Source of the DNA: Ancylonema sp.
Lineage: Eukaryota
Length of the DNA: 64,000 bases
Assembly: GCA_050230475.1 (NCBI GenBank)
Contig: JBFLGF010000139.1
Location: forward strand, 1-64,000
Direction: 5' to 3'
Part shown: piece after piece, positions 50,501-63,950 of the stretch
Layout of the letters: the number at the start of each line of letters is the position of its first letter
Numbering within the stretch: the stretch's first letter is position 1
Made by a program: the position numbers and the translations under genes
Notes under the pieces: generated by a model
The model's database searches: none
The model's input: only the letters and a program-made list of their open reading frames with translations
What the model was told of the DNA's origin: nothing

Positions 50501-53500
50501 TTGACGTTATTAAGTACTGCACGTAATCCTTCGATTGCGCTGCCAGTGACTGAGGTGTGAGTAGCGCTGCACGAAACACGCTGAAGAAAGCAGCTGGGAG
50601 CTGTGAGCACCAAGAATTTTAGGTGTTGCCTAACATGACGGAAAAGTCATACATTCCGGTCTTCACAGGAGCAGACTACAAAGGGTGGGCATTTAAGATC
50701 AAGTTTGGTCTGGCAGACAAGGAGCTGCACGACAGTTATGTATTGGGGAAAATCGCCGAGGCAAGAAGAGCCTGCCGTGTTTCTACCACACACGCAGGAT
50801 GAGCTCGATACGCTGGAGGTGCTGCGGACGTCGCTAGAACGGTCACGGCACGCACCCAGCTCATCAGTCGACAGACTCTCCTTTGAGAGGTCTGGTCGAA
50901 GAAGAATATCGCCGCGATGGCCTACATCGTCAAACACCTCCAGACGGGGGAGCTGACGCATGTGAGGAACTGCACGACTGCTGCAGAGATGTGGGAGGCC
51001 CTGAAGTCTTTCTACGACATTCAGGGAGCCATCGAAATTGCCAACGCTGAAGCTGAGCTCACGGCAATTATCAGGGGAGAGGCGGAGGAGCTGAGCGATT
51101 ACGTCAAGCGACTTCAGGAGCTGCACGACCGGCTGGGGCATCTGGGGGAACCAGTCAATCCGGCAAAGCAGACGATAAATTTCCTGAATTCCCTGAACAC
51201 TCGCTACAGCGCACGAGTGGAGAGCGTGATGTCCTGGGCAGTTTCTGCACCATCACTCTTCACGATCCCTCAGGCCGTCAGCACTCTGTCAGCTGGCGAT
51301 CGACGGGAGGTCTGCAACGACCGGAAGAGAGGGGCGCTGCCGGGAGGGCAGCAGTCCAATTTCGCTGGAAGGGGAGGTTACTCGGGCAGCTCCGGAGCTG
51401 GCCCAAGTCGACCGGGGTGGGATCGGCGTTCCCGGAAGTCGCGACCTGACGAGAACTCAGTGCTACGGCTGCAACGAGTATGGCCACCTGAAGTCGGATT
51501 GCCCCGTGCGTCCGCCAATGAGGTGCCATGGCTGCAACCAGACCGGCCACAGGCTGTCGCAATGCGGCCAGCAACGGCATGGTGGAGGAGGAAGATCGGC
51601 TGGCCAGGGAAGTGGCAGTCCGAAACCAAAGTGCAGATACTGTGATAAGCTTGGACACACATTGGCAGAATGTTTAAAGCGTAAATCTGATCTGGCATTG
51701 TCTGCACCTGATTCGAATCTCCGTAATCAAGCTCAGGCTAGACTTGCTGCAAGACCAGACACACCTTTTGATGCCTCTAAATCCTTAGCTTATGCAGCAT
51801 TCTCATCTCACGCACGGATTGCGATGGCAGCTGGAACTGATTGTTCGCATCTGTGGCTTGATTCAGGCTCGACCGATCACGTCTTCGTAAACCGAGACCA
51901 CTTCGTCGAGTACGACACCAACGTCCCAATGCAGCATTCTTTCATCCACACGGCTGACGGCACGCCCCACAAGGACGAGGGGACAGGCTTCGTGCACGTG
52001 AAAGTGAAGAACGACGACTCCTCTTTCGTCGTCCCTCTCGCGGCTCTGCACGTCCCTACAGTCGCTGCGACCCTGGTGTCCACCGACTGCCTCGTCCAGA
52101 GACGGTGGGCTGAGCTTTGCCCAGACACCACATGGCCCCAAACTGACTAATAAGAATGGACTGAAATGGGCTGATGTCAGCAGGCAGAGGAATGATCTGT
52201 CGTTGCTGCATGCAATATCATCATGCCTGGTTTCTTCTGGTCTGCAAGCTAATCTGTCCATCGGCATGCTCTGGCATGGCAAACTGGTTCACCCTGGTAT
52301 ACCAGCCATGTCAGACATGGCCAGAGGGTGATATACCGAGACTGAACCAGGAAGAGTTGACTGAGGTCAGGGATTGTGAGATCTGTTGTATGGGGAAAAT
52401 GGGGACAGAAGGGGACATGCTATGGCTCGAGGAATGATGTAGCCACTATGCCGAAAATGGGGAGGTTGCATCTAGATCTGATAGGTCCTTTTGGTGTTAA
52501 GTCAATGCACGGAGGGTTTGACTACGCACAGACAGGGATAAGAGGTCAACACTAAGACTGTCAACAGTATCTCTCCTCAGGCACAAGAGCGAGGCTCTCA
52601 GTCAAACGCGCATCACTGTACAGAAACTTGAAGTTGAGTCAGGACTGGCGTTGAAGTCTATCAGGACAGATGGGGGGGGTGAATACACAAGTAAAGAGTG
52701 GAGAGGCTATTGTGAGGATAAAGGCATCAGACATGAACTGACTGCTCCCTACAGCCCTCAAACAGAATGGAAATGTGTGAAAGGTTGAACGAACATTGAT
52801 GGAAAAGATGAGGTGTTTGCTGATGTGGTCTAAATTGCCTAAATCGTATTGGGATGTGGCACTGATGCACGCAAACTGGTTAAGGAACAGGACCCCCACT
52901 AGTTCATTGACAGGGGGGATACATTGAGGAGTGGACAGAAGACGTCAGATAAAAATGGACAGAAGTCACACATTCGGCTGTCTGGTTCAATATTTGCTAG
53001 TTGGGCATGATAAAAATAAACAAGGGGACAAGTATGCTGCCAGGACTGCTTTTGGGGTGTATATTGGGCTGGCAGCAGATCAGGCTGGGTACAACATCAT
53101 CGACCCGCTCAGAGCCGGCGTGATGGTGCGGACAGACGTCCGTTTCTTCGAGGAAGTGCCGGGGTACCCGAGACTCATGGGGGGGAGAGCTCCCCAGGTC
53201 GAGGCCAAAGCAGATGGACACTTTCTCCAGCTGTTCCCCGACACGGATGATGAGCCTAAGGCTGGAGGGGTAACAAGCAGCAGTAACAGCTTGCAACGCC
53301 AGCAGCAGAAGCAGCAGCAGCAGCAGCAGTCCAGCAGCAGCTCCAGCACCAGTACCAGCAGCAGCAGCAGCAGCACACAACGACCCAGGAGCCCAGATCC
53401 CATTATTACAGATTCCCAGCTGCTGAGGTCCCCATCTCTGTGGTTGAGCTGTCTGACAGTCAGTCAGTCAGGGATCAACAACGCAGGAGTGGCAGATGCG

Positions 53501-56500
53501 GGGAGGAGGAGGTTCAAGGAGGGGGTGGGAACCCAGATGTGGTAAATGCTGGCAGTGTAGCTGATCGGGTGATGGGGAGAAGGCGAGCCAACTTCGCGGA
53601 GTATGGGGACCTCATCTGATGTGATGGGGAGGAGTTCGACGACGCAGCACACGCAGCAGCTACTCAGCGACTGAGTGGGAGCCCAGCATGCTTTTTCACT
53701 GGCTTCAACGGCCCCTGTGACCCGGGCTTCTGCGTGCGTAGCCACGTCAGCTGACTCCTCCGAGCCTCTCACACTCAACCATGCCATGATGAGGCCAGAC
53801 TGGGACCAGTGGGAAAGGGCCATTGTGGAGGAGTTAGCAGCCTTGGGGACGTTCAACACCTTTGAGGTGTGTGAACTTCCACCAGGTAAAAAGGCTGTGG
53901 GGTGCAAATATGTGTTTAAAACAAAACACACACCACAGGGGAATATTGAAAGATATAAAGTCAGACTGGTCGCCCAGGGTTTTCTACAACAAGAGGGTAT
54001 TGATTATAATGAAATATTTGCACCAGTAATCGACAGTACATCTATCACCCTACTCCTCTTTATAGCAAATCAATATGACTGGGAAATTGAACAGATGGAC
54101 GTAATCACAGCGTTCTTGCATGGAAGACTGGAGGAAGAAGTTTACATGAAAATACCACCACGGATGTATATCAATGGGGGTGCTGAGGGACAGGTCTTAC
54201 GACTGAAGGGAGCTTTATACGGTCTATAGCTGAGTAGCCACGTATGGCAGGAAATGTTCAGAAATTTTATGATATCTGAAGGGTTTAAACAGTGCGTAAT
54301 GGACACATGTATATATATGAGGGGGGAAGCAGACAGCAGAATCATACTGGGAATACATGTAGATGATCAGGTGATCACAGGTCCTAACGCAATGGTCGTC
54401 AAAACTTTTAAAGAAGATATGGGTAAAAAGTTCAAAGTCAAGGATCTGGGTTCCCTAACCCATATCCTGGGGGTGGAAGTGAAGAGGGATAGACAGAGAA
54501 GACTGCTCACACTGGGACAGTCAGGATTCTTAAGGGGAGAGAGTGTTTGAACGCTATGGGATGCATGAGTGTAATCCAACCAAACTCCCACTCGCCCCTG
54601 GAACTCAATTCACACAAGACGATGAACTAACTCTTCCCCCTACCTCTGAACAAATAACTGAATTCCGGGGGAAAGTGGGGTCACTCATTTATGCAATGAA
54701 ACAAACCAGACTGGATATTGGGTATACATTTGGGGTACTGGCAAAACACATGGGAAATCCTGGGGTGGCACACATCAAATCCTCTACATCAACTGTTCAG
54801 ATACCTTAAAGGGTACAGTGGATCACGGAATGATGCTACGTGAGGCAGAGGAAATTAGAAGTAAAGGGTTACTGTGATGCTAGTTGGAACAGCTGTAGTA
54901 TGACTGGAAAGTCAGTCACAGGATGGGTAACCACTGTTGGGGGAACTGCTTTAAGTTGGAAGTCACAGAAACAGTCTACAGTCGCACAGAGTACTGCAGA
55001 GGCTGAATATATTGCTGCCTGTAGTGTGTCTAAGGAATGCTGTTACCTAAAGTCTCTCCTGAATGAACTCAAATTCCCTAATGAAATCACAATCCACAGT
55101 GACTCAACTGCAGCACTCTCAATGATCCAGAATCCAGTCCAACGACAGAAAGCCAAACACTTCAATGTGGTATATCACTGGGTGAGAGAATGCCACAGAA
55201 CTGGCAGACTAAAGTATATGTATCTTGCAGGGGCAAATCAACCAGCCGATATGTTCACTAAGGCTCTTCCACAGGTTTTATTTGACAGACACAGCAAAAG
55301 TCTATAGGTTTTGGGACGGTTAACTGAAATGGGGGTGCACTTTAGGTTCTATGGGAATTTTCGGCTGCCATGCATGTTGGCAGGGGGTGTATGTTATGTT
55401 ATTTTTCTTGCAGAATGTACCTGGGGAGGGCTCTCAACTTCAGCTCATCCAGCTAAGTCACCTTTACCCAAATACCTCTGACACCTGAAAACACTTAAGT
55501 ACACCTGAAAAGAAAGTGCAGATCTGCTTGTATCTAAACTTGTCAGTTTGTTCATGAATTTGGCATATGTATTTCCATTCATTATTACAAATGTTGTGTC
55601 AAAATATCGTTTGATAGGACTTGTAGTTTTGAGAAGTTATGAAGTTTTAAGATTTTGGTGAAGTTCTGAGAAAGTTGTGAAGTTTTGCATATTTTCAAGT
55701 TATTCGGTTAAAAATACAGAAGATTGACATGTTGTTTTTTTGTTTTGCCCTAACTTGTGGCATTTGTTTGTATGTTCAGGGCTTCGGCCCGAAAAACGAC
55801 TAAGGATCTGGAGCGATCGTCTTCTGGAGTTCCGATCGGCTTCCGAACGGCTTCCGAACGGCTTCCGATCGTCTTCCGATCGGCTGATCGACTGTTTATT
55901 GATAAATGCCTCTAGCACATGGATATGCTAGAGAAGACCCTACTATTCCGTGGGCTATGCAATGGTCTTGCCATGACTTATCTGTTGAGAGGGTGGTCCT
56001 TTTGGTGCTGACTTAATGCCAAACTTGGCATGGCATCCGAGGGGGTGTGTAGGAATTATATCGGATATCCATGTTTGCTAGCGTGCTAGTCCGGACTCTG
56101 CCGGTTAGTGTAACCGGTAGTGTTCCTAGGTTGTGGTGCTTATAATGAGGGGCCGGACTTATGTCCGGACACCCGAATATGACGGTTTCGATTGTGCCGT
56201 TTGTAGCACGTGCGGGTCTAGATGGTTCCGAATCTAGAGACGTTATGTTTTGTCAGACCTGTCCGGCGTGTGCCGTTGACAGGATCTGACTGTTGTGGAG
56301 TTATGGGCCGACGGTTCGCTGATACGACCGTCGGCACGCTTTGTAGATTCATGTTGTGGACGAGGCATCGTGGTATACCTACACGATGCCGACCATTAAG
56401 ATTATTATTCGTCCAACTCAACACTTTGTCATTGATCACTAGAGACGAAGTCCTTGTACGGAAGAATCACTGCCTCGCACCCCGATCACGTAACATCCCT

Positions 56501-58566
56501 AAAAATTTCTACCAAGCGCCCCAAGAAAAAGTTTAGAGGACTATAAAGTCAAAATTTCATTAAAAGAGTCGAAAAAAGGGGAGACAGATCAGGCTGGCAA
56601 CCATATGAGCTCTCGTAGTATGCGGTCTAGGGTGTCTGCCAACGCAAGTGTTTGCAAGTCAGAACTAGGTCAAGGCATGGTGACAGTTCCCTTTTCGCAG
56701 ACATCAAGAAAGAAGGTCACTCGGGCAGCATCAGGGAACGAGTTGGGTGTTATGCATGGTGACCATGTGAGCGCTGGTAGCATGTTGTCTAGCGCGTCTG
56801 TACATGCATCTCCTTTTGCAGGTCTGAACCACGGAGGGAGGACAACAGTGTTTTACTGTCTGGGCCCAGGGAGAACAAGTGTTGGGGACTTGACACAAGG
56901 TAGGTCCCTTCCCAAACTTGGGGAGGCAACTCCTTCCTCATTTCTACCAAGTCCCCCAAGAAAAAGTCCAGAGGACTATAAAGGCAATTTTTTTTCAAAA
57001 GAGCCGAAAAATGGGGGGACAAATCGGGTTGACAGCCGTCTGAGCTCTGGTAGTGTAGTGTCTAGGGTCTCTGTCAGTGCCCATGCTAGCATGCCAGGAG
57101 TAGACCAAGACAAGGTACCAGCTCTTTCCATTCCCGATGTGATTTCTTTGCAGACTCAACTGCTGTATCACGACCAGCTTCGTAGCAAACCTGCTAACTC
57201 GGGGAGCCCCAGTAGCATGTTGTCTAGCGAGTCTGTACCCAAAGGTGTCAGTCCCAGTTTCGGAGAGGGAACACCTTTCCCTGTTTTGCCATGCAATATT
57301 TCTTCGTTTTTATCTGGAAAAGCAATAGCACTGGGGACACAGATGTCTAATCTGCCCCACTCCCAGGTGTGCATGACCACGGGTGCCGCTGCTTTTTCTG
57401 CCAACCACCATGACCTCCCCAGCCAGTTGAGCTTTAGCTGGGATGCACTTGGGGTGGACGCGGCAGTTGTCAGGGATATCCGCACTCCGCTGGCGGATCA
57501 GTTCGTGCAGTCAAGCTTCGGAAGCTCTCTTGTTCCAGCAGCCGGTGGTCAACAAGGGGCGGCCAGTCAGTTCGATGCCAGTTATGCCACGGTCGTGCCT
57601 GGTAACTTGCGAGATATCATTATGTGGAAAAACGTGTCCCTAGCTAACCAAACTGGTGTTTTTACAATTGGAGGTGTCGCCACTACCAAGAACATCGTGG
57701 ACACCGGTACCAACTTAGTTCAGATCGGTAAGCGGGTCGCCACCCAATTAGGTTTACAGAATTCTGACCTCAATCCTGGCATCTCTTACACCATGGCATC
57801 TGGTGAAACCGCAATGTGTCGCGGGGTAACCAAGAAAACTTTTCCTGTGGCATTGTTTGCTGGCACACCCAATGAAACTAAAGTGCATCTCAATATCATG
57901 GTAGGTGACGCTGAGTGTTATTACGTGCCGATTGGTACCCATTTCATCAACCGGGTCACCAATGTGCTTGGTATTCGGGAGGCATACTGGGAAGTCATGC
58001 GTGATTGGGAGGGTGCCATCCATAAACGGGTCAAGGTGCCCATTGACATGTACGTAACCCCAGCTGAGATGCGTTCCCGTCAAGATGCGTTGCTTGCTAA
58101 GTTGAAGTTAGAGACCGACAACTTGCGCAATATTCAGACCAATTTTCAGCACAGCCAGTTCGACCAGGACGTTTTTCACGGGTTTGCTGGCAGCGATGTC
58201 AGCCTCACTCCCCCTCGCGCCGAAGCTAACGTGATGCGCGACTTGGCGGACCAGTGGAACGCCCAGGAAGAAATCCGTGACGCAGTGCTGGAAGATCAGG
58301 CAGCAACTATTGCCACCAGTATCCTTACCACCTGGCTGTTAGCCACCCTAGGATTGAATTTTTCTGCCTTGCCATTAGCAGACTGCCAACAGCATTTGGA
58401 TTTGGTTCGAGTGCATGCTATCAGCATACGTAACTGGCTAGCAAAGTTTGGGCTGGATAGCCGTGCTGGACCACCTTCCTTGACTCTAACTAATCGGCAA
58501 GAAGTTGTCCGTGCTGCCATACCTTTTCTTGAACAACTGCAGCGTGATGTCGCTACTCCCGCGTGA
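47580..58566 (+). pseudogene. Degenerate Ty3-like Gag-protease polyprotein interrupted by a copia insertion and 3'-truncated
   Basis: Gag-like WSEAK/IHEDFFLRLRQRF (frameshift ~48158) and zinc knuckles CHICGQIGRVRSNC and CTYCKRQHHTVDQC. Removing 49961-56509 joins 49501 to 58566 in one open frame with aspartic protease NIVDTGTNLVQIG...PIGTHF. No RT follows. Confidence 0.85.
49961..56504 (+). mobile_element. Full-length degenerate Ty1/copia LTR retrotransposon
   Basis: LTRs 49961-50412 and 56048-56504; TSD ATTTC (49956-49960, 56505-56509); PBS GATTATGGGCCCAC; PPT GAGGGGG. Gag starts at 50635 with three CCHC knuckles, then protease WLDSGSTDH, integrase LHLDLIGP / RTDGGGEY, RT QMDVITAFLHG / HVDD and RNase H YCDASW / ADMFTKAL. 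Multiple frameshifts and stops. Confidence 0.97.
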
Positions 58567-58754
58567 GTGTTCTTTCTATGAACCAATATTTTCGATCTTG
58601 ACTAGTCGGTTATGCGAGTCATCTTAGTTTTCCTTATTACATATGTTCGCATCTCTTCATCTTCTATTTTTTTCGTCACGTATCACATGTCATTCATGGC
58701 AATTTTTTAGTAGCATCTCATTCGCTTTCCACCATCTATCTCTTTGTGAATCAG

Positions 58755-60180
58755 GTACAATCCATACGGTATCGGTGTCGAAGTTAATTTCTTGGAAGAC
58801 CGCACGCTCATGGGCCCTTGCCTATCAACGGTGGATTTTGCCGAGTCCACTGCGGACTCTGAAGTCGGCAATCTGGAAGTCGTGACAGGGGTAAGTCTTT
58901 AATTTCTCTTTCTAAAACAATAGTTTAGAATTCGAAATGAGTGATGGTACCATTTCGGTTATCACATTCGTTTGGACGTCATTCCTCATATTTTATCAGG
59001 TATAAGAGGGAGGAAAATGGAAGAGCAAACATTTTTTCTTTTTTTTTCGTTGGTTGGTGTTCTTTATCGTAGTTATTCAATATGACCCTCGTTATCGACG
59101 ATGTGGCGGAAATTGTCGAGCGCAATCGGAGCCTTCTGGCGACTGCCAAAGGTCATAACAAGAGTGGGCATATCCTTATCGAAGGATGGGGAGAAGTAGC
59201 AACGACGTTGCACGGACTTCTATCCGCCAACCTGAATGCTTCAGTCCACTTCTAGACCGTAACGCTGAACAAGAAGCGAGGGTGCTTAAATTACCGTGTT
59301 TCTTCCGGCTTGTCCGTGGTGAGCGATCCACGCATCATCGAGAGTCTTCAAACGAACGAGCGGTGTGGCGTCGGCATAGATCGGGGTCCTACACGACTCA
59401 GATATAACCGTCGAATACAATGTCATCTGTTTTTTTGTTTTTGAAATGAAAGTATAGTTGTTAAACTTTGGTGTGATCTTCATTCAGTGTCATTGTGTTG
59501 TTTTTTCTTTTTTCCGCACCCATGAATCGTTATTTATTCGGTAGTAGCGGTAGTAGTTTTCCAAATATAAAATCGAGATCCATAACCGAGTGGATGTCAA
59601 TTTCAATTGTTCTTTTCTGGTCCCATAGTTTCTTGGATATGGACGAAATACTCGACAATCCGAATACCAAGCTTTCCCCACGTGGAGAAGAGCTCGTTCT
59701 CTTGGAGCAGATAAAGTATTGTACTCGGCGACCCTCTAACGGGAAACTGCAGTTACGAGCAGAAGCCCTTATGTCTGATACAAGTGAGTCAGTGGGGTTT
59801 GAAGGCAAACCACTATTGTTTCGCTATACCGATCCATACGTTTTTTTTCGGATCATGGAAATATTGGTTTGGTTTTCGTTTGATTCTCTATCACGGATTC
59901 AACCACAAGTATGGTTCGTTGAAGAAATATGGTGTGTATTCGATGCAGAACGCGAGGAAGGACAGTCACTTTGATTGAAGACGTTACATGTCGGTTGTTG
60001 GCAACCGACCCAACGACCTGGGATAGAGAGGATGTGATGATACAGAAACGACAAAATGACCGCTGCGGAAGGATTGTACAAAATGGTGTATTATGCCCGC
60101 AAGCTGACCATGAAGACATTTTACTCCGTCGTCGAACTGAAACAAATGACCGACGACGAGAAGAAAGAATTCGACGCGGG
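58755..60180 (+). pseudogene. Spliced RPA70-like OB-fold pseudogene, probably Helitron-borne
   Basis: Candidate exons: 58755-58890 (TCAG/GTAAGT), 59073-~59420 (KSGHILIEGWGEVA...VHF*TVTLNKKRGCL, an OB-fold-like G-x-I-x-I-x-x-W-G-E-x-A), 59629-59783 (LRAEALMSDT/GTGAGT) and ~59891-60180 (TRIQPQVWFVEE). In-frame stops are present. Confidence 0.55.
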
Positions 60181-60360
60181 AAAAAATCGATATATCTTTG
60201 GGAATCAAAACTATTTTATACTCATACAAATAGAATTAATTAAAAAATAGATTAAATAGAATATAATATAATAGAATATAATAGATTGAATATATTAATT
60301 TGAGTGACAATAAGTAGGTAGATAAAGTGGTTAATTTACTTTACGTCACATTTATCATTG

Positions 60361-60518
<158 letters not shown>

Positions 60519-60946
60519 TTTTTTTGCTTTTTCGCTTGTTGTCATGCATGGTTATGCATGGTTATTTTTTTGGTTTTTTCAACTTATTCGAAATACTCGA
60601 TTTCTGTACATAGGAATATCGAGGCGATCCCCGAAGGTTGGACGGTGGTGACGGGCCGTTCCCGAAGAAGATCAAACTGGAAGACCTCGATTTTGCGGAA
60701 GAGGGAAATGTACGAAAATGAGTATGGAAAAGGGTCGTTGCTTTACCGACATGACCACTTGTACGTTAGGGAGGGCGGATTTTAGCATGTTCTAATGTTC
60801 TCTTGTGTAAAATAGCGAGTACGGAATAGAATTCGATGGAATACATATGGATGGGATACATATGAATTCGATGGAAATCATGGATCTCAAAAATGGAAGA
60901 GCATGGTAGGAGTAGAATAGCTCGCTAGAATAGCTCGGAATCCATC

Positions 60947-61590
60947 TGTTGGAGTGCCAGATTGATGCCACTTTGATTGTACAATATTGTGGGAATAAAA
61001 AATATTTGATACGAAGAAAGAAAAAAGGAACTTGTTCCTTGTTACTTGTTCCCTTTGTGTTTCTCTTTAGGAAAGGGATTTACTTCTTGTTTACGTGACT
61101 ACGTGTCGAGCTTGTAATTTTTTCCAATATAAAAAAAGAGTGAAAAAGCAATGGAAGTACATGAATATATAGGTATACGGGCACTTTGAATTGACTTGAG
61201 TGAAATCATTCTTTTTTCAAACGAACATATAAGATTTTTGTCGGTCATAACTATGGGAATGGTATCGATGTAACTACTTGTTGGAGTGCCAGATTGATGC
61301 CACTTCGATTGTACAATATTGTGGGAAATTTGAGACGAAGAAAGAAAAAGGGAACACCAGTTCCTTTTATGTTTCTCTTTAGGAAAGGGATTTACTTCTT
61401 GTTTAGGTGACTACGTGTCGAGCTTGTACTTTTTTTCCAAAATAAAAAAAGAGAGAAAAAGCAATGGAAGTACATGAATATATAGGTCTACGGGCACTTT
61501 GAATTGACTTGAGTGAAATCATTCTTTTTTCAAACGAACATATGAGATCCATGTCGGTCATAATTATGGGAATGATATCGATGTAACTAC
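60947..61590. repeat. Tandem duplication (~330-bp unit x2)
   Basis: TGTTGGAGTGCCAGATTGATGCCAC occurs at 60947 and 61279. Both units end in TATCGATGTAACTAC. Confidence 0.92.
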
Positions 61591-62189
61591 CTCTATTGGA
61601 CAACCTTTCAGGTCGAAAAAAAAATCACGTCAATCATGTCACCTTTACTCGTAAAACAGCCGTTCGTTCTTCCACAAAAGCTTCGTGGAGGTGCGGTCGA
61701 GCTGACAAAGATATGTTCAAATCTAGATATTCGTGACAAGCAGAAAAATATCGCACGAATATTACTTTAGTGACGTAAGCCAATTTTCGAAATGAGCAAG
61801 AGCACGAGTTCACGAGTGCAAAGATGGCCAAACATGTCCACAAAATTGAGCGAAGAAGCCGAAGACAACCGATCGGCCAACGCACACGCCAACGCATATT
61901 TCGCCCGTACACGAGCGCATTGGTGCACGTGAAACAGATTCACTATCGGATTCGCGGCTACTAGTTTTCCAGCTTCGGCTACGATTGTATGTACGGAGGA
62001 TCCGAAATACACGTACGGGACCAATTTCCCGCACGGGAATGTATCCGGTGTCAAGCGTGACCCATACGCCGACCTAAGAATTCGAAATCGGACGACAGAT
62101 AGGGAGTGAACGGTTTATTGGATCGACTATGTCCGTCCAATACATTTTTTTTCAAAAAAAAAAAAGATTATGTAGCGAATCGAACATAC

Positions 62190-63950
62190 CTTCTGTCAGT
62201 ACGTGTGAAAGGACACTTGCCACGATACACGTCACACGTTGACACATGGCATATTCCAAGTAGGAGGGTCCACGTGTTCTGTTTCTCGTATCCTATGACT
62301 CATTACACGTGACACGTGGCACTTTTCTAAATAGCTTTCGTTAAATAACCATGGCAATTGAGATACGTGTAAAGGAACACGTGTCACGCCACACATAAGA
62401 TTTGACACATGGCAGCTATCGTAATTCAACGTGGTGCGGAGAAGGTGACACGTGGCAATGGCCACGTGTTATCGTCATATATCACGTATAACAGCTGAGA
62501 TTTGACAGAGCACAGGCCCGTTTCGTTTTAATGTGGTGGGTTGCGGGATGCGGGCTGCGCAACCCACAACACATGTCACCGACTGGCCGGCGGGGTACGG
62601 ATGGCAAAAAAAGTCCGAAGGAATATTTCAACGATTTCAACGAAGCCACGTGTCAAGTACCACGGTCCACGTGTTATGTTCTACGTATCATATGACACAT
62701 CACACGTGACACGTGGTATTGAACTACATCGTCTCCATGAAGGATATAGTGACATGTGGCAATATACATGCCTTTTAAGATACATGTGAAAAGACACGTG
62801 TCACGATACACGTGACACATGGCATATTTCAACAAAGCCACGTGTCAAGCGCCAAGCTCCACGTGTTAAGTTTCACGTATCATACGACACGTCACATGTG
62901 ACACTTAGCATCTTACTAATTAGCCTCCATAAAGGAAAAAGTTACAAGTGGCAATAAGCATGCCTTTAAAGATACTTGTAAAAGGAAACTTGTCATGATA
63001 CAAGTGACAAGTTAACACATGTGGCTAAAGTGACATGTGGCAATAACCATGCCTTGTAAGATACGTGTGAGAGGACACTTGTCACAATACACGTAACACA
63101 TTGATACATGGCAAGCCACATGGCATATTTCAACGAAGCCACGTGTCAAGTACCACGGTCCACGTGTTCTTTTCCACGTATCGTATGACACGTCATACAT
63201 AACACGTGGCATCGTTTCATATGACATGTCATGCATGACACGAAGCATTCCGTTATGGAAAAGGTAACACGTGGCAATAACCATGTCTATAAAATACATA
63301 ATAGACATAATAATAACCATGTGTATTGAAATATGCGTAAAGAGATACGTGTCACGTTACATGTAATACTTGACACGTGGAAAATTCCTGAATTCAACGT
63401 GGTACGGAGAAAGCGACACGTGGCAATGTCCACGTGTTATGTGATACGTGGAACACGACACGCGTCATACATCTCTTTGCTTTGGTTTGTTTTCCTCTTT
63501 ACTTTGTTTTATTTTGGTCATCTTGATTTTTCTACAAGTACCACGGTCCACGTGTTATGTTCCACGTACAATATGACACGTCATGCATGACACGTGGCAT
63601 TCCGTTAAGGAGAAAACGATACGTGGTAATAACCATTGTTTATTGAGATACGAGTTAAAGGACACGTGTCACGCTACACGTGATACTTGCCACGGAAGAT
63701 TATTTAATCAAACGTGGAACGAAGAAAGAAACACGTGTCAATAGCCACGTATCATGTGATACGTGGAACAGGACACGCGTCATACATCACTTGCAACGGC
63801 TGAGATTTGACAGGGCACAGGCACTCTTCGATTTAATCCGGTGGGCTGCGGGATGCGGGCTGCACAACCCGCAGCACATGTCAGTCAGACTGGCCGGGGG
63901 GGGTACGGGTGGGAAATTAGGCAAATTAGAACCTATTTTGCCATCCCGTG
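62190..63950. repeat. CACGTG-rich degenerate tandem array with duplicated GC-rich hairpin block
   Basis: About 25 CACGTG by hand count. The block GCTGAGATTTGACAG...GGGTTGCGGGATGCGGGCTGCGCAACCC...GGGGTACGG occurs at ~62493-62600 and ~63799-63908. Confidence 0.85.

Noticed and set aside
53270..53375. CAG repeat/polyQ-polyS as a host gene feature
   Set aside because: It lies in the variable integrase-RT linker of the copia element.
56605..58566. 653-aa ORF as a stand-alone domesticated host protease
   Set aside because: It is the in-frame continuation of the Gag ORF split by the copia (TSD ATTTC). There is no independent evidence of domestication.
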